Part shown: one piece after another, positions 1 through 14,059 of the stretch
Numbering within the stretch: position 1 is the stretch's first letter
Layout: each line of letters starts with the position of its first letter
NCBI GenBank assembly: GCA_031835245.2
Contig: JAVKOQ020000112.1
Location: 124,001 to 165,734 of the forward strand
DNA length: 41,734 nucleotides
Direction: 5' to 3'
Source: Balamuthia mandrillaris
Lineage: Eukaryota
The notes under the pieces: model-generated
What the model saw: only the letters and a program-made list of their open reading frames with translations
The model's database searches: none
What the model was told of the DNA's origin: nothing
Program-made: the position numbers and the translations under genes

Positions 1-487
1 AGGGAGGAGAACAGTGTACCGCTCCAAAGAGCCAGTTCCACGACTGCCCATAACGCACAAGTCAATGTCATGGTCAGGTATGAGCTTGCAAATGGCCTCT
101 CTGGCATCGGGGCTTTCAATTGTGGTGTAGGTAAAACGGTCCTTTGCCCACAGACAGGGTCAGCACCAGCTTGCCTCAACAAAAGCAAAGGACCTTTGGT
201 ACCTTCAACTGAGAGGAAGCGAGTTGAAACATGCCCCTATAGTTTTGCTCAAGTTCTTCAGCCTTTTCTTTTTCCATCACGTTGTTGAGGTGCTCCATTC
301 GGTCTTCCAAAGGGTTAAAAAGCTTCAAGAAGGTGGTTAACGGGCTGGAGGTTTCCTCCGGGGTAAACACCTCCATCACATGCACAGCAATTAACTCCCC
401 CTTTTCCTTATCTACCAACTGAAGCGCCCGCTCAAAGGCCCTCCCAGAGGCCTCAGAACCATCTATACATGCCAAAACTTTACGCAT
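1..487 (-). CDS. Universal stress protein (UspA family), 3' end beyond window edge
   Basis: Exon 1 MRKVLACIDGSEASGRAFERAL...IAVHV is the USP N-terminal motif. After a short GT..AAG intron, exon 2 reads DRFTYTTIESPDAREAICKLIPDHDIDLCVMGSRGTGSLER (USP 'DL.VMGSRG' motif). A further donor follows near position 19. Confidence 0.85.
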
Positions 488-1603
488 CCTTCCTCCCTTC
501 CTTCAACTCGTCGATCTTATGATCTCACTTGATCTTGGAATGGGTGACGTTATATGGGTGTGGGGTCAACCAACTTTGCCTTATTTCCGAAACTCCTCCT
601 GTTCTGGTTTGTTTCTCAGCCGGCTGCAAACCAACCCTCATTTAGAATTGTACTTGAAATTTGTTTTTTTCTCTTCCTTTGTTTTTCTTTTGCTTATTTT
701 TTTCACACGGCCACTCTGCCTAACAAACAAACATGGCGTAGCGGCCCCCCTGCGGAGTTGGATTCTCCGTGGAGCCTTTTGGGTATGTGATACAAGCCCC
801 CTTTGAGTGTTGAACCGAGTGCTTTATGATGATAAATGTGAAATAACGGACTAGAGTTTCCGAATCTTCTATTCTAGTGTGGACTTCGCAAATCTGATGT
901 TTTTTTTTTTGTTTGTTTGTTTTGTTTGTTTTGGTTTTGCTTGCTAATGTGCTCATACTACATCACAGTCTTGTTCACACCAGTCGTTTCACTTTTCTGT
1001 TTTATGGTACGTATGAAGTTTATTTTGTGCCTCGTTCGTGGTCTCCAAAGATGAATCATTTAAAAAAAATAACTGGAATTACCGGCTGAACTCTCCGTGA
1101 ATGAGAAGCACCATTCTGACTGGAGACCCCTCTCCCCTCCTCCCCCAAAAAAATGTGTCATTTTCCGCGCTCATTTTCCCTCTCTAGGGTGCTGTTTGTT
1201 TAACAACGGTGGCATAATGTTAGCTTTGGAGCGCTCATTGGAGGTACCTATGCGCCCCTTTGGATCTTCTCGCAAGCACTTGTGGTAGTTGCTGAGATGT
1301 TACCTATAATCTCATGCTAATCCTGAAATTTGTGATGTCAATTCAAGACTTTTCTGAGCAACAACACCATCAAGTAGCAATGCGCTTTAACTGAAGTAGT
1401 GGCTTTTGCTGACCGTTTTTTTATTGTGATACAGCGACTTACCCCTTGCTGAGGCTTGCCGAGGCGCGGGGTGCTCCGCTCATTTTTTTTCCCTGCAAGG
1501 ACCAAGTTTTTCATCAAGACTTCGTATGACTGAAGCATCCTCGCGTTTGAAAGAAATACACGGCCTATTATTATTTACAGCTTTGTTATTTGTCTTGGTG
1601 AAA

Positions 1604-1990
1604 CTACGTGAGAGTGGTGGCGGTGTCAGTAGTGGAGGTTTCATGCGTGAGCAGTAGCTGAGGAGAGGTAATCCAAATAGCGGCGTTTGGGCTGAGGCCA
1701 ATAAATGCCAGGTCGTCCTCCTCGTCCTCATCATTCTGCTCCTCTTCCAATGCTCTAGTTAAAGGCTGTTGTTGCTGTGGTGAAGTGGGGGATGGAACTC
1801 TTACTTGCTCTGGATGATGTTGGGCATACCTTGCCCACTGTAATAGGCTCTGATGAAGCCCAAGCGCTTCGCTCTCTGTCTTGGCTTGGAAGTACACCGT
1901 GCTTTTGTAACAGTGGGCCTTGCTCCCTTCTCGCTGATGGTGGCAGGCAGGTTTGTAAGAGAAAAGTTGCTATGGGGGGGGGGGGGGGGG

Positions 1991-2032
<42 letters not shown>

Positions 2033-3062
2033 GCACAGGGCAGAGCAGAATGAGGGTGAGGGCGGCAAGTACCTGTACAGGGACATGCGCCCAACTGGTG
2101 CTGGGGCCAAAGAGCTGAGCTTTGCCAGCCCATTGGCTTTGCAGGAAGAACCGTCTTCGCTCCTGTGCTCGGCTGCTGGTGGTGGGTGCTGCGGGGATAG
2201 TTTTGGAATTACTGCTGTTGGGCGATATGTTTGGGGTGTTGTTGCCAGTGATGATAGTGGGAGAAGGGGAGGAGGCAGAATCAGCACGCTTCTGAGAGTG
2301 GTGGTGGGTTGTAACCTCACCCCCAGAAGAGTGGTTGCGATGATGCTGGCGGTGGCGGCGGTGGAGACGGCGAGAATGGTTTTTTTGTTCCTCCAACGGC
2401 TGCTGCCTGGCGGAGGGCACATGTGAAGGAGAAGGCGGTGAGGGTAAGGTAAGGCGGTCATTGTGGGTAGGGACCTCAAGGAGGGTAGGTGCTGCTGCTG
2501 GTTGTGGCAGGGGCGATTGTTGGGCAGCAGCAGCCTGCACCAGTTGTGAAAACAGACTGTTATATTGGAGGCGCAAAGCTTCTATTTGGGCAGAAACATG
2601 GACAACGCGGGACTCAAGCTCTGCAACTGCCCTTAATGTAGCCCCTGCCTCTTGCTCCTGCTGTAGCTGGTGGTGGTCAAGTTTTTTGCGCTGAGCCTCA
2701 GAGAGGCTGCCGCGGCTGCTACTCCCGCTAGCTGAGTTTTGATGACCGTCCTGCTGCTGCCGCTGTTGAGCCTGTCTGGCTCCCTTCATGTTTTGGTATC
2801 TTTCACGAAAGTATTTGCGAAGCAGGTCCTCCACCCCAATGACTTCCTCTTCCTCTTCTTCTGCCTCCTCCTCCTCTTCCTCCTCTCCAAGTTGGGCACG
2901 TTCCTCGGTTTTGTTTGGCAGCGCTCGCCCGTTGCACTGTGGTGCGTCCTCGCCACCAGCCTTGGAGCTATTCCCTTGGAGCTGCCGTTTATCTTTAAGC
3001 CTTAAGTATCCTTCATTCATGCTGGCGCTCCGCCTCGAACTCCCACCAGTGACTGAGGACAT
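1604..3062 (-). CDS. Hypothetical protein: coiled-coil/low-complexity with possible PH-like C-terminal segment
   Basis: ORF from ATG 3062. Intron 2072..1970 (GTACTT..CATAG, with CT tract) joins in frame to QLFSYKP...STVYFQAKTESEALGLHQSLLQWAR, which resembles the last strand plus helix of a PH fold. Stop at 1604. Confidence 0.55.
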
Positions 3063-4010
3063 TGGCCGTCAGCTGCTTTATGGCCGCCTTTTTTGATCCT
3101 TTCCTTCCTTTTATTTTTGTTTTCGTTTTTGTTTTGCCCTTTTGTTATGATAATTATATTATGAAATGAAAGGGGGGGGGGGGCCCCCCCCCCCCAACTC
3201 TTGCCCTTCTTTCTTATGAACATAAGCACACAGTGGCCAAACAACTCGGGTTGTCTTGAAGTGTTGGGTCTCGCTTCAAACGAGGCTCTCTTGAGCGGGC
3301 GCTGGCCATAGGAGCAAAGAGACAGGCACCCTTTGGGACCTCCCACACACATCCAGCACCACCACCACCACCACCACCACTGCCCATTCATTGAAGTAGT
3401 GGTAGCCTACCAGTAAGGAGTTACCCCCCCTGCCCTGATTGCATGTCGACGAAATAGTTTGCCGTGCATCAGCAGAGGCAAAATTCGTCCTGCCGTCAGT
3501 GTTTGGGGCCTTGCTAAAGGTCGAAAAAAGGATGGCCTCAACTCTCTTCCCGTTGCTCAAATAATATAACAGAGAGAGAAAAAAATTGAGGGGAGAGGGA
3601 GGAAGGGGCAACTAAGTAACACGGAGAGAAGGAGGAGGAGGAGGAGGAAGGCCTGCTCCACAAAACCGGCAAATTGTAGCTACTACACCCAGCACCGTTG
3701 GTGTCTGCCGCACCATCACCACCATCCACAAAACAGGTACTCAGTAGCAACCTCTCCTTCCCACACAGAAAGCAAGTTGGAGGGAGCAGGCCAAACAGAA
3801 ACCTTGCTACCACAACCGCTAGACAACAACCTCACAAGCACACAGCAACTGTCACCATCACAACCGGCAACAGCATTTAACCACGCGCAGTAGAGGAAAC
3901 CCCATTCCCGTGCTCCTCTCCGTTTCTGCACTCTTCCAGCAACGGGCAGCTGGTGCTGCCAAAACAAAGGCTCCCTGAGGGCCACCACCATCCGGCACTA
4001 CAACTGACAA

Positions 4011-6417
4011 ATGGTAATGGCACAACTGATGGATCAAACTTCCACAACGACAACCACCACCACCACAACAGGTATGAACAGCAGCAGCAGCAATGCCAGC
4101 ACCACCTCCTCTACCGCAAAGCGCAGCAGATTACGACTTTCCTGGTCTCGCAACGGCGTTTTAGCTTCCCCACCCGAGAGCTCCTCCTCGCAACAACCAC
4201 AAGTAGACAGCGCAGACCAACACCTGAAGAGAGGGGAAGAGGATGAAGAAGAACAAGAACAGCAGCTAGAGGAGGGGGAGGAAGAAGAGAGAGCAGAGGA
4301 GAACGACAAAAAGAGAGATGAGGAAGAGGATAGGAGAGAAGCCAGTAACGTCACACCCGAGACCCCTCGAGGACGACGGCCACGGTCAGATCGAGAAGGA
4401 GTTGTTCTTTCGCGCTCTCCTTTGATAGACTCCAACAGCAAGAGGCACCTGCGAAAGGAACGACATAAAAGCGCTGCCAGCATGTCGCTGGCTGGCACTG
4501 GGGGCGATGCTGAATCCGTGACCCCTTTCCTCCCATCCGCTGCTTCCACTTCAGCTCTAGTTTCTTCTCCAACTGTTCCTGTATCATCTTCCTCCGCTTC
4601 TTTTCCATCCACTATTGTAAGTTCAGTCTCTTCCCTCCAGCAACACCCTCAGCAAGAACACTACCATCATCACCACCAACAACAACAACCGCAGCAACGC
4701 ACAAGCAACGGCTTTACCGGCCAAACACCGAGCTACCGGAGGTCTGGAGGGGGGCTTAGTGCTCTAAGTGGTACCGGTGGCAATAGTCGGCCTGGTTCTT
4801 CCAGCTATCATGACACACCAGAGTGCCCCTTGGGGCCCGACCTAGAACTGCTCTCTCAGTTCAAGGCCAAAGAAGGGCACTATGCACGCTCCATGCCAGG
4901 TGCTACCTGCCCTTTTCAATACATTGACTACAGCAAATCATCAGTCCCTTCTACTCCTGATCTTGGCCCTGGCGGCCGCAAGGAGCACGCCACCGACACC
5001 TCTTCTATAAATCCCATAAAGCTTTCTGAGGACATTGCCAAAAGTTACAAAAAGTGGTACAATGTGCGTAATGATGCACCCAGCTTAAGGCGGGGGGGGG
5101 GGGACCACCAAAAAAAATGTCTTTTTGGTGGCTCCCTTCCATTTTCTCTTTCGATTTTTGTCGAGTTCGTTGGCATTAAATACTAACACCTTCTGATTTG
5201 GCTGAATGTAGGACATGGTGCTGAAGCTGGAAAATAAGAAAGCAGAAACAAAAGCACTAAGGTATTTTCTTTTGCCGTTTAATAGCGTGAAGGATATTTC
5301 GCTAACGTCTTCCTCCAGAAAAAATCACAAGTCAACAATTGGCCCCACAGCTTCTTCTTCCTCTTCTTCCTCTTCTTCTTCCTCCACCTCCAATACTACC
5401 TCTTCTTCCACACCATCGGGTACAAGCAACAGCAACAATACCAGGGAATCGGGCTCCACCATAAAACGAGACAAAGAGACAGGGGCGCCTCCTGCGATGT
5501 CGGTCCACACCTCTATTTCCTATTCTACATTTAGCAAACAATCAAGTTCTCCTGCATTAATGCGAGAAAACTCGGAAGAACATACCAGTAAAGCGCAAAG
5601 CAAAGAGGACAGCAAAGGGGAAAGCAGGTTACGGTCTTCCCGTGCAGATTCAGCCAAGTGGCAGGATGGAGGAAGGTCACCTGCTTTAGGCTTAAACAGT
5701 TCTGCCACTTCGCAACAACCGTCGTCCGCCCAACTACCAAAAAGTCAACCGGGGGGTATTGGGAGCATGGTAGGGGGTTATCCTCCTCCTCTAACTTCTT
5801 CCAGGGGAGGAGCAACAGGCCTCCCAGCAGCAGGAGGTGCTATTGGTGCGAAGGCACAAAAGCAGAAACAAATGCAAAAAGGGAGCCCCGAGCACTATAA
5901 CAACTCCCATCCTCCCTCTCATTCAACCGTTAGCCTACCACACAACTCGACTGAAGGCCGCACAGATTGGGCGCATGTCAACTATAGTGGCGACAATGGC
6001 GGTAGTGGTTGCAGCAGCGGGAGACCACCCCCCGGCCTAAAAATTCCACCACCCTTGCCCCTTCCTGTTCCCATCTCCACTCCTTCCAACACCTCCCTTC
6101 CCTCTACTGCAACTATGACCTCCGCTACTTCTACCACCACTGCAACCTCTTCCTCCTCCTCTTTAGCTATGTCTGGCCGGCGGAGCGCCGGTGAAGGCGA
6201 ACGGATCAGCCCTCGTCATTCCTCCCGTCTTGTGGCTGCGGCGGGAGCTGGCGAGTGGGATGGTAGTGGCGGCAGCGGCGGCAGTCGGGACGAGAAGAAA
6301 GACAAGAAAAAGGGTTCTTTTGCATTCAAGCGTAAGAAAAAGAAAAAAGAGGACAAGGCAGACGCTTCTCGAACAGGGGAAGCCGGGGAACCTGCCACGC
6401 TTCTTCAAACCATTTGA
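4011..6417 (+). CDS. Hypothetical Ser/Gln/Glu-rich low-complexity protein
   Basis: Long ORFs 4011-5186 and 5215-6417 are joinable through GT-AG introns (KKWYN|gtgcgt..tgtag|DMVLK; ALR|gtattt..ccag). One ordered-looking segment CPLGPDLELL...KKWYNDMVLKLE; no family recognised. Confidence 0.6.
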
Positions 6418-6747
6418 ACTTCTTTTAGCGGCGTTGGACCTTAGTGCTGAACCTTCTCCCTTCCTACCTGCCTCCTTTTGTTGACCATTTTGTTGACCAT
6501 TATTTTTGTTTTTTTTTTCTTTGTTTATTTCTTATTTCAAACAAAAACGACCTCCTCCTCATCGCGAAAACTTTGCTCCCTCCCCTCTCCCGCTTCCTTT
6601 ACGCTGGTGTGGAAGCCTCCCCTGGGCGCTGACATCCATCCATCGCTGCGACCCACCCTTCCCTAGAGATCACCATTTGGATGAACAAGTTGACGTACCT
6701 ATCCGTTAGGGTGAGCTGCTGACAGAGGTCCACCCACCAACCCACCC

Positions 6748-6749
6748 AT

Positions 6750-6814
<65 letters not shown>

Positions 6815-6817
6815 TTT
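6748..6817. repeat. (ATTT)n microsatellite upstream of fumarase
   Basis: Tandem ATTT units seen directly. Confidence 0.95.
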
Positions 6818-6928
6818 GGGGCAGGTAGACCCAAAATAAGAAGGAGGCAGAAGTAGCCAACAACAACAACGCACACAACTGCGCCGACAGGAAGAGCGAG
6901 CGAGCAAGCGAGAGAGGGGTGAAGCAAA

Positions 6929-7466
6929 ATGCGAGCAGCATACAGCAGCAGTAGCCGTAGTGTTAGGGTGCATGGCCTTGTAAGCTTTGGCGGAAGGGTG
7001 GTGAGCCGCCCCCTTGCACCACTTTTGGCGGGACGGTGGGCCAGCAGCCTTCTTCCTGCTAGCAGTAGCAGCACGCTGACTGTAGGGTCGGCCTGTCTGG
7101 TGGGTCGCACTCAAGCGGAGGGACTCCAAAGGCGACGCTACTTCCGCAGCAGCCTACCACTACGCGCCGAACAGCAGTACCGTGTGGAACACGACACGTT
7201 TGGTCCCATTAACGTGCCTGTTGACAAATACTGGGGCGCCCAGACCCAAAGGTCCCTCCAAAACTTCGACATAGGAGATGAAAAAATGCCTCCCCAACTT
7301 ATCAAAGCCCTTGGCGTTCTCAAGAAAGCAGCTTGCCTCGTCAACATAACCTACGGCCTTGACACTAAGATCGGCAAGGCTATTTGCACTGCTGCTGACG
7401 AGGTAACAACCCTCTTCTCTCTCTGTCACAGCCTTTGTACAGCCAATCAAGATGCTGACATCTCTT

Positions 7467-7507
<41 letters not shown>

Positions 7508-9166
7508 GCAAACAAAGGTAATGCAAGGCAAACTTATGGATCACTTTCCGCTTGTTGTTTGGCAAACAGGTTCCGGTACTCAGACCAACATGAACGCCAA
7601 CGAGGTACTTATTGTTTTTGGTTTTTTTTCTCCGTCATCTTTTCCCTTCTGCTTCCCAACGCGCACCTTATATTATTTTTTTGGCGACACTTTAGTTTAT
7701 TGTTTATTGGGTGTATTGGAATATTTATTTTGTTTTCGTTTTTCCGTTCTCTAAGTACTAACTGACACTACGTCAATTAGGTCATTGCCAACCGCGCCAT
7801 TGAACTGTTGGGTGGGCAACTTGGCTCCAAGTTGGTTCATCCAAACGATCATGTTAACATGAGTCAGTCGTCCAACGATACATTCCCAACGGCTATGCAT
7901 ATCGCCACCGTGCAAGAGATCCATTCCAACCTGCTGCCCTCACTTCAGCTCCTGCACGACAGCCTAGCAGCAAAGGCCGAAGAGTTTGACTCTATCATCA
8001 AAATTGGTCGTACTCACCTCCAGGATGCCACACCTCTTACTCTCGGACAAGAGTTCTCCGCCTACGTTGTCCAGATCAAGAACGGTATTGACAGAATCAA
8101 GGATACCTTGCCTCGCCTCTATATGCTTGCCCAAGGCGGTACTGCTGTTGGCACTGGCTTGAACACGCGCAAGGGCTTCGATGTCAAAGTGGCTCAAGAG
8201 ATCAGCAACATTACAGGACTTCCTTTCGTGACAGCTCCTAATAAGGTTTATTTTCATGCGCTAGCGATCCCAGACGTTGTACTAACCTATTGTTCAATTG
8301 TGGTGTGCAGTTTGAGGCTTTGGCGGCTCATGACGCGATGGTTGAGGCACATGGCGCCTTGAACACTGTTGCCACTTCTCTAATGAAGATTGCCAACGAC
8401 ATACGCTTCCTCGGCTCAGGTCCACGCTGTGGCCTTGGAGAGTTATCCCTCCCTGAGAATGAACCGGGGTCATCCATAATGCCTGGTAAAGTCAACCCCA
8501 CGCAGTGCGAAGCTATGACCATGGTCTGTGCACAGGTTATTGGCAATCAAACCGCGGTTTCTGTTGCCAACAGGTAAGTGAAATTTTGGACAAACTGAAA
8601 GTCTTATGGAACACTAACAACACGTGCTTTCTTGCGCGAATATTCACGCCGTGTTCATTTTAATCCATCAGTAACGGTCACTTTGAGGTATGTTGGCGTT
8701 TTATTCTTATGCTTGTTGCACTCGCCTATCTGACAAATATGCTTTCTTTACCTCATAGCTTAATGTTTTCAAGCCCGTCATAGTGCGCAACGTGTTGCAC
8801 TCTGCTCGTCTCATTGCTGACGCGTCTCGTTCCTTCACTGATAACTGTGTGGTCGGAATCAAAGCTAACAAAGACCATATCAACCACCTGCTCCACAAAT
8901 CTCTTATGTTGGTCACTGCTCTTAATCCCTACATTGGTAACATGCTCCCTAACCGCCTTGTACTGGCATAAAGCTACTCGTAGTCACTCACTGACTTGTT
9001 TGCCTTTATTTGTCCACCAGGGTATGATAAGGCAGCAAAGGCCGCCAAGAAGGCCTTCGCCGAGGGAACCACCCTCAAAGAGGCTTGCCTGTCGTTGGGC
9101 TTCGTAACAAGTGAACAGTTTGATGAATGGGTCCGTCCCGAAAAAATGCTTGGCCCTTCATCCTGA
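6929..9166 (+). CDS. FH: Fumarate hydratase class II with mitochondrial-type presequence (multi-exon)
   Basis: Motifs [62 protein letters not shown] and signature [16 protein letters not shown]-terminus is Arg/Ser/Ala-rich. Includes a 16-nt exon at 8672-8687. Stop TGA at 9164-9166. Confidence 0.96.
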
Positions 9167-9345
9167 ACCAAACACCCAGAATAAATGTTTAGGGTCCCTC
9201 TTTTGGCCCGTTTCACTCTTATGCTTGGTGCTGGCTCGCTTCCCCCCCCCCCCAAAAAAAACACCCTCACACCACTTACTAGAACGCCTTATTTTTGTAG
9301 AAGAGCCAAAACAAAAGAAATAGTGGTAAAAAGAGAGAAGAGGGA

Positions 9346-12103
9346 TCAAAAGGCACCAGCCACGGCGGTGCTCACGCTGTGGTCGGTGGAGCGCACAGTA
9401 AGTTCCATGTTGACACCAGCGTCAGGCATGCGGACCATGCGAACCCGGACCAACACCTTAATCCCACCAAGGAAAGTTCCGCTCAGCAACAAGATATGCT
9501 TGTTGCGTTTGGCAGGCACACTGTCAGTACTGTCACATGGCTGCATCCCCAAAAAGCCAATTATTTCAGTGACGGCCTCTGTGAGGTTGTCATATCCAAG
9601 TTAGAAATAGCATGCACACCATTTGGGGGCAAAAAAGGAGAAGATGGAACCTTTAATGGTCTTCATGGTACTCAGGCTGAACTTTTCAACCACCTCGCAC
9701 TCATCTCCCAGAGCTTCCCACTGTTCTTTGAAAGCGGTCTCGAATGTAGGTTTCATATAATCAGACACAGTGACCTCACTATCCTCCAGCTGGTACTCAT
9801 CCTCATAGCCGCTTTCATCATCAGCTTCTTGAGTGTTGGCGTCCACATCTTTCACAATGAATTTGAGCGTGTTCGTGAAGGTGCCTAAAATTTGCAAGGT
9901 AAGTTGAAAAGGAATGCAAAGAAAATACAATGAAAGTCATCACGTACCAACAGGGAATGAGTTGGATGGGTGAGAAATACACGTGTAGCAGACTCCTGGG
10001 CTTTGGAAAATGAGCTTGGGGGCTGGAATCTCGAACTCGGGGGTGAATTCTGGATTTGTTGTTTCCATCCTTACCGACACCTTTTCCAACAATTGATCGG
10101 GCAGGGTGTTGGTACAATTGAACTGTGGAAATTTGGTGGATAGTTGTTATCAAATCAGTCAAAGCAAAAATAAATGAGGTAAGAAGGGGATTAGACTTCA
10201 CCTGAAAGACGATATGATTGGCATAGATGTGTTTGACGCAGTTAACAACATATTCAGTTTCAGACTCAGTAAGTTCCGCAGGTTTAGTGGAATGGAAGCG
10301 AGCTCCCAGCTTGGTGAAGTGGGGAATAGCATTAAGCGCTTCATCGTAATCCTCGCCGATTGTTCGCCTGGCAGAACCCAGCTCAGGAGACGCGGCGGGC
10401 TTTTCGTCTTCCTTCTCAAGGGGAGTGGTAGGCACCATACTTATATCGAACGGAGTATCCGAGGGGTTTTTGATGTAGACCTTCAGTCCCTGTTCAAGGT
10501 TTTCAAGAGGCACAGCAAGTCCTTGGAAAGAAATAAGAATTAATGATAAACAAGCAAAGAAATAAGCAAAGATGAAATGCTAGTTACCATCTAAGATAAG
10601 CTGTTGGGCAAGTGCTTGGTCTTTTTCCAAGACTGTTAAATAAAAAGTGGCCCTGTCTCTGACTTCGTCATCATTGTCATGAAGGCATCTTTGCAAAAGT
10701 ACAATGATGCTGGGCCTAAGATCGGGGAGAGCTACTCCGAACTTTGCCAAAGCGCCAACGGATGAAGCGCGCACGTTGGCGTTTTCCAGAAATACACGAT
10801 TGTAGATGTAGCGAATGTACTTGGAGGGACAGGATGTGTTGGGACCTTCATTACCAAGTAGATGCAGAATTTTGGTAGAGAGCTGCGTGAACTCGCAATC
10901 CTCAATGAATTCACAGAGATGGCTGAGGCCTGCTTCTTTTGAGTCGGGGAGTGCATTGATGATAGTTAAAACAGCATCAATGATGGCCTTTTTGTACTCA
11001 AAGCCTCCCTCATCTCGTAGCATATTGCTGAGGAAGTTCATCAACGTGCGGTGCTTTTGTGGATATTTGAGACAGAGTGTTTTGATTGCATCAACTACCA
11101 CTATCTTAAATTCGTCCGATATCTCTCCCATAAAGTTGGAAATCTGTTGCATCAAGCGGTCCACGCTGGCCTCGCTGCCCGTCTATAGCATCGTTAGCGG
11201 CAAGAAATATTTATTGTTAAAAGATTCTAGAAGAAGAAGAAAGGTGAAATCCCCAATTTGAAAACATACCTTCAAGAGAGTTGTGATAGCTAGAGTGGCA
11301 ATGCTTCTATTCACATCCCCGATGAGATTCTCCATGTCAAGGTTACACGCGGTAACCGCAAGAGGATGCGTCATAGCAACCTGTTTCGGAAAAAGTGTGC
11401 GCTCTTTGTCAAAAACATGTTTTTGTTGTTGTTGTTGTTGTTTTTTTTTTTCGGAAAATAGTTTTTATGTGGATGACTTACTTTGTTAAGGGTTCTAACC
11501 GCAGCAAAGCGAAGTGTTGCCTTGGGAGAGCTCAAATACATCTGTAAAACTGGTAACGAGAACGTGTGGTCAGATGCGTAATCCATTACAAAACTTAACG
11601 GGAACGGGTTTGACAGGCCTGTGGCGAGTAATGGTTACCTGAAATGGAGGAAGTTAACTCTTTGGCAGTTACGTTGCGAAGCTCACAGATGCAACGAGCA
11701 GCTTCATATGAGACCATCTCGCTCTTATGGCGAAGGCAACCCTCCAAATAGTCATAAAGTCTGCCACGCTCGCTAGTCATTTAATAAACTGAGTAAGTGT
11801 TTGGCGGAAAGTGATTGAGGTGAATCAAGTCATACGTAGGATCGGGTTCGTCCTCCATAACCTGGCAGGCGAATCGAATGAGCAGACAATGAGCGTAATT
11901 GGAACGTATCGGATTTCTAGTCATTTCTGATACCAGCTTCGAGATAGCTAACCTATCATGGCGCCTGATATGGTGCAATAAACCCAATGCATGGTATTGG
12001 ACCATTACTGATTTGCTCTTCAAAGCACTTTGAATTTCGCTAAACCAGCGTTTTACCTGACAGGTAGATTGAGAAGATAGACGTTCCAGTCATTTTGATG
12101 ATT

Positions 12104-12139
<36 letters not shown>

Positions 12140-12992
12140 AACTTACGGTGTCCACTCCGGAAGGAGAGGCTCGCATAAGATGCACGCCAGAGACTAGTGC
12201 CGCACTTGCTACATATCCTTCTTTATCCACAATGGCTTGCTTCAAGTATCTCTCTGCTTGACTCAGCATCGAAATCTGTGTGAAGTAGTTAGTTAAATTT
12301 TTTGCGATGCAGGAAGACTGCTTCTCTGCGTACATCATTGATCTTGCAAAGCACACGCACAGCGTTGGCTCTGAATTAAGGTAATGCATCTTTGTTAGCT
12401 CCTTGGGTACTACCAAACAGTAGCGAAGAAAAGAAAGAAAAGAAGAAAAAGAAAAGAAAAAGAAAAAGAAAAAGAAAAAGGAAAAGAAGAGGAAAAAACT
12501 CACTTGTAAACGTCAACCTTGCTGTTCATGTCTTTGGTCAGACTGCTGATGACAATGATGACGTCCTCTGCCAAAGGCAACAGTTCTTTGAGAACCAGAT
12601 ACAGCATCCTTCTCAGCGGCACCTGTGGGAATAACACAAGAAAACTTGTAAGCTGTGCCCTGTGTCGATTCAATGGTGTGAAGAATGGAACGCACGTCTT
12701 TGGACTGAAAGAGTTTCGTGACAGAGAAAAATAGGTCGGTGGCCTCCTGCGTAGTGAGGTTTTCGCTTTGGGCGAGCAGATAAAGGATCTTGGTGAGCAG
12801 GTGGTAGCACTTGCGAGGAACCAAAGGAGTCTCGTTGAACATGCGCTTCTCCTGCAGTACGATGCCCTTGTCCAAGTTTTGGAAAGGGATGTGCACTGTT
12901 TGAAGGTTAAAAAGCAAATACACAAAGCATGAAAAGTGGAAAGAGAAGCCAGTACTTTCATCGTCATCTTTCTTGTCTTGAAAAGAATTCAT
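9346..12992 (-). CDS. COPG: Coatomer subunit gamma (COPI), multi-exon
   Basis: Motifs [111 protein letters not shown] at 12992, stop at 9346. Confidence 0.96.
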
Positions 12993-13294
12993 GGCGAGAA
13001 GGCCCAAAAGTGGTTGCTGACTGATTGTTTGGTGAGTCTGGGCAAACGATGGCTGAGGTGCACAAGCAAGTACTACAATGTCACTGCAACTACCAGCACA
13101 AAAGAAGAATAAAAAAGGGGGAGTGGGGCAGCAGCAGGAGGTGTGGTCGCTGTGGCTGGCTTTCCCTTTTGCAGCTTTTTTGTAATTTTTTTGTGGTGGT
13201 GGTAGGTGGCTGAAAAGGTGAGCCAAGGGGGAAGAGGAGGAGAGATTTTTGGCCCAAGTTTCTGAAAGCGACCCCTCAACCTACCCCCGGGCCC

Positions 13295-14016
13295 ATGACG
13301 ACGTCACCGACATCACCACTGCCGCCACGTCACTTGCAGGCAGAGGCCTGCTGTGGTGGTAAACAGCTGCTGCTGCAGGAACCCCCACCGGAAAAGGAGT
13401 TCCCTTCTCTTTTGTGCTGCACAAAACCAATGCTGCTGCCGCTGCTGCTGGGGGCAGTGCCAGTGGGGCTGCCAACCGGCACTGGAATGGCAATGGCAAT
13501 GAGAACGAGGTTGGGAGTGGAGGCGGCCAAGACATCCCGTTTGTTGGGAAGGCAGCGCCCCTCCTTCCTGATGTTGAGTAGACACAACGTGGCTGCGGCT
13601 CGTGGTGTTGCGACAGTGCCGACCCTACGGGTGGTGGCAAATACAAGTCCTCTCTTTCGCTTTGAGCAACGACGTAACTTTACAGCGGCACCTCGTTCTT
13701 TTGAAGAGATGCGAAACCGCTCTAATGTGAGCCTTGCCCCCCTCTTGCACTTCCCTATGCCTCCTCTTTGTCCTCTCATTAGTTCTGTATTTACTTCTTC
13801 TGATCTTTGTTGCTCACGGGACGTCCAAGTACGTACGCAGAAGGGTATTAATGTGGTGCGCTGCTGTTGCAGTATTTGGGGTGGGCGTTGGCGTACCCCT
13901 CGTAACGATCATCGTTAAACGCTACGAGCAGAGCTCCTGGCCCACGCTGCCCGCTACCGTCATTTCTGTTGAAATGGACCCTTCCACCAACATAAGGGTT
14001 AGCTCTTCTGTCCTCT

Positions 14017-14059
<43 letters not shown>

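Noticed and set aside
770..800. GCCTTTTGG resembling the 5' part of U2 snRNA
   Set aside because: No GTAGTA branch-point pairing sequence and no Sm site in the right context.
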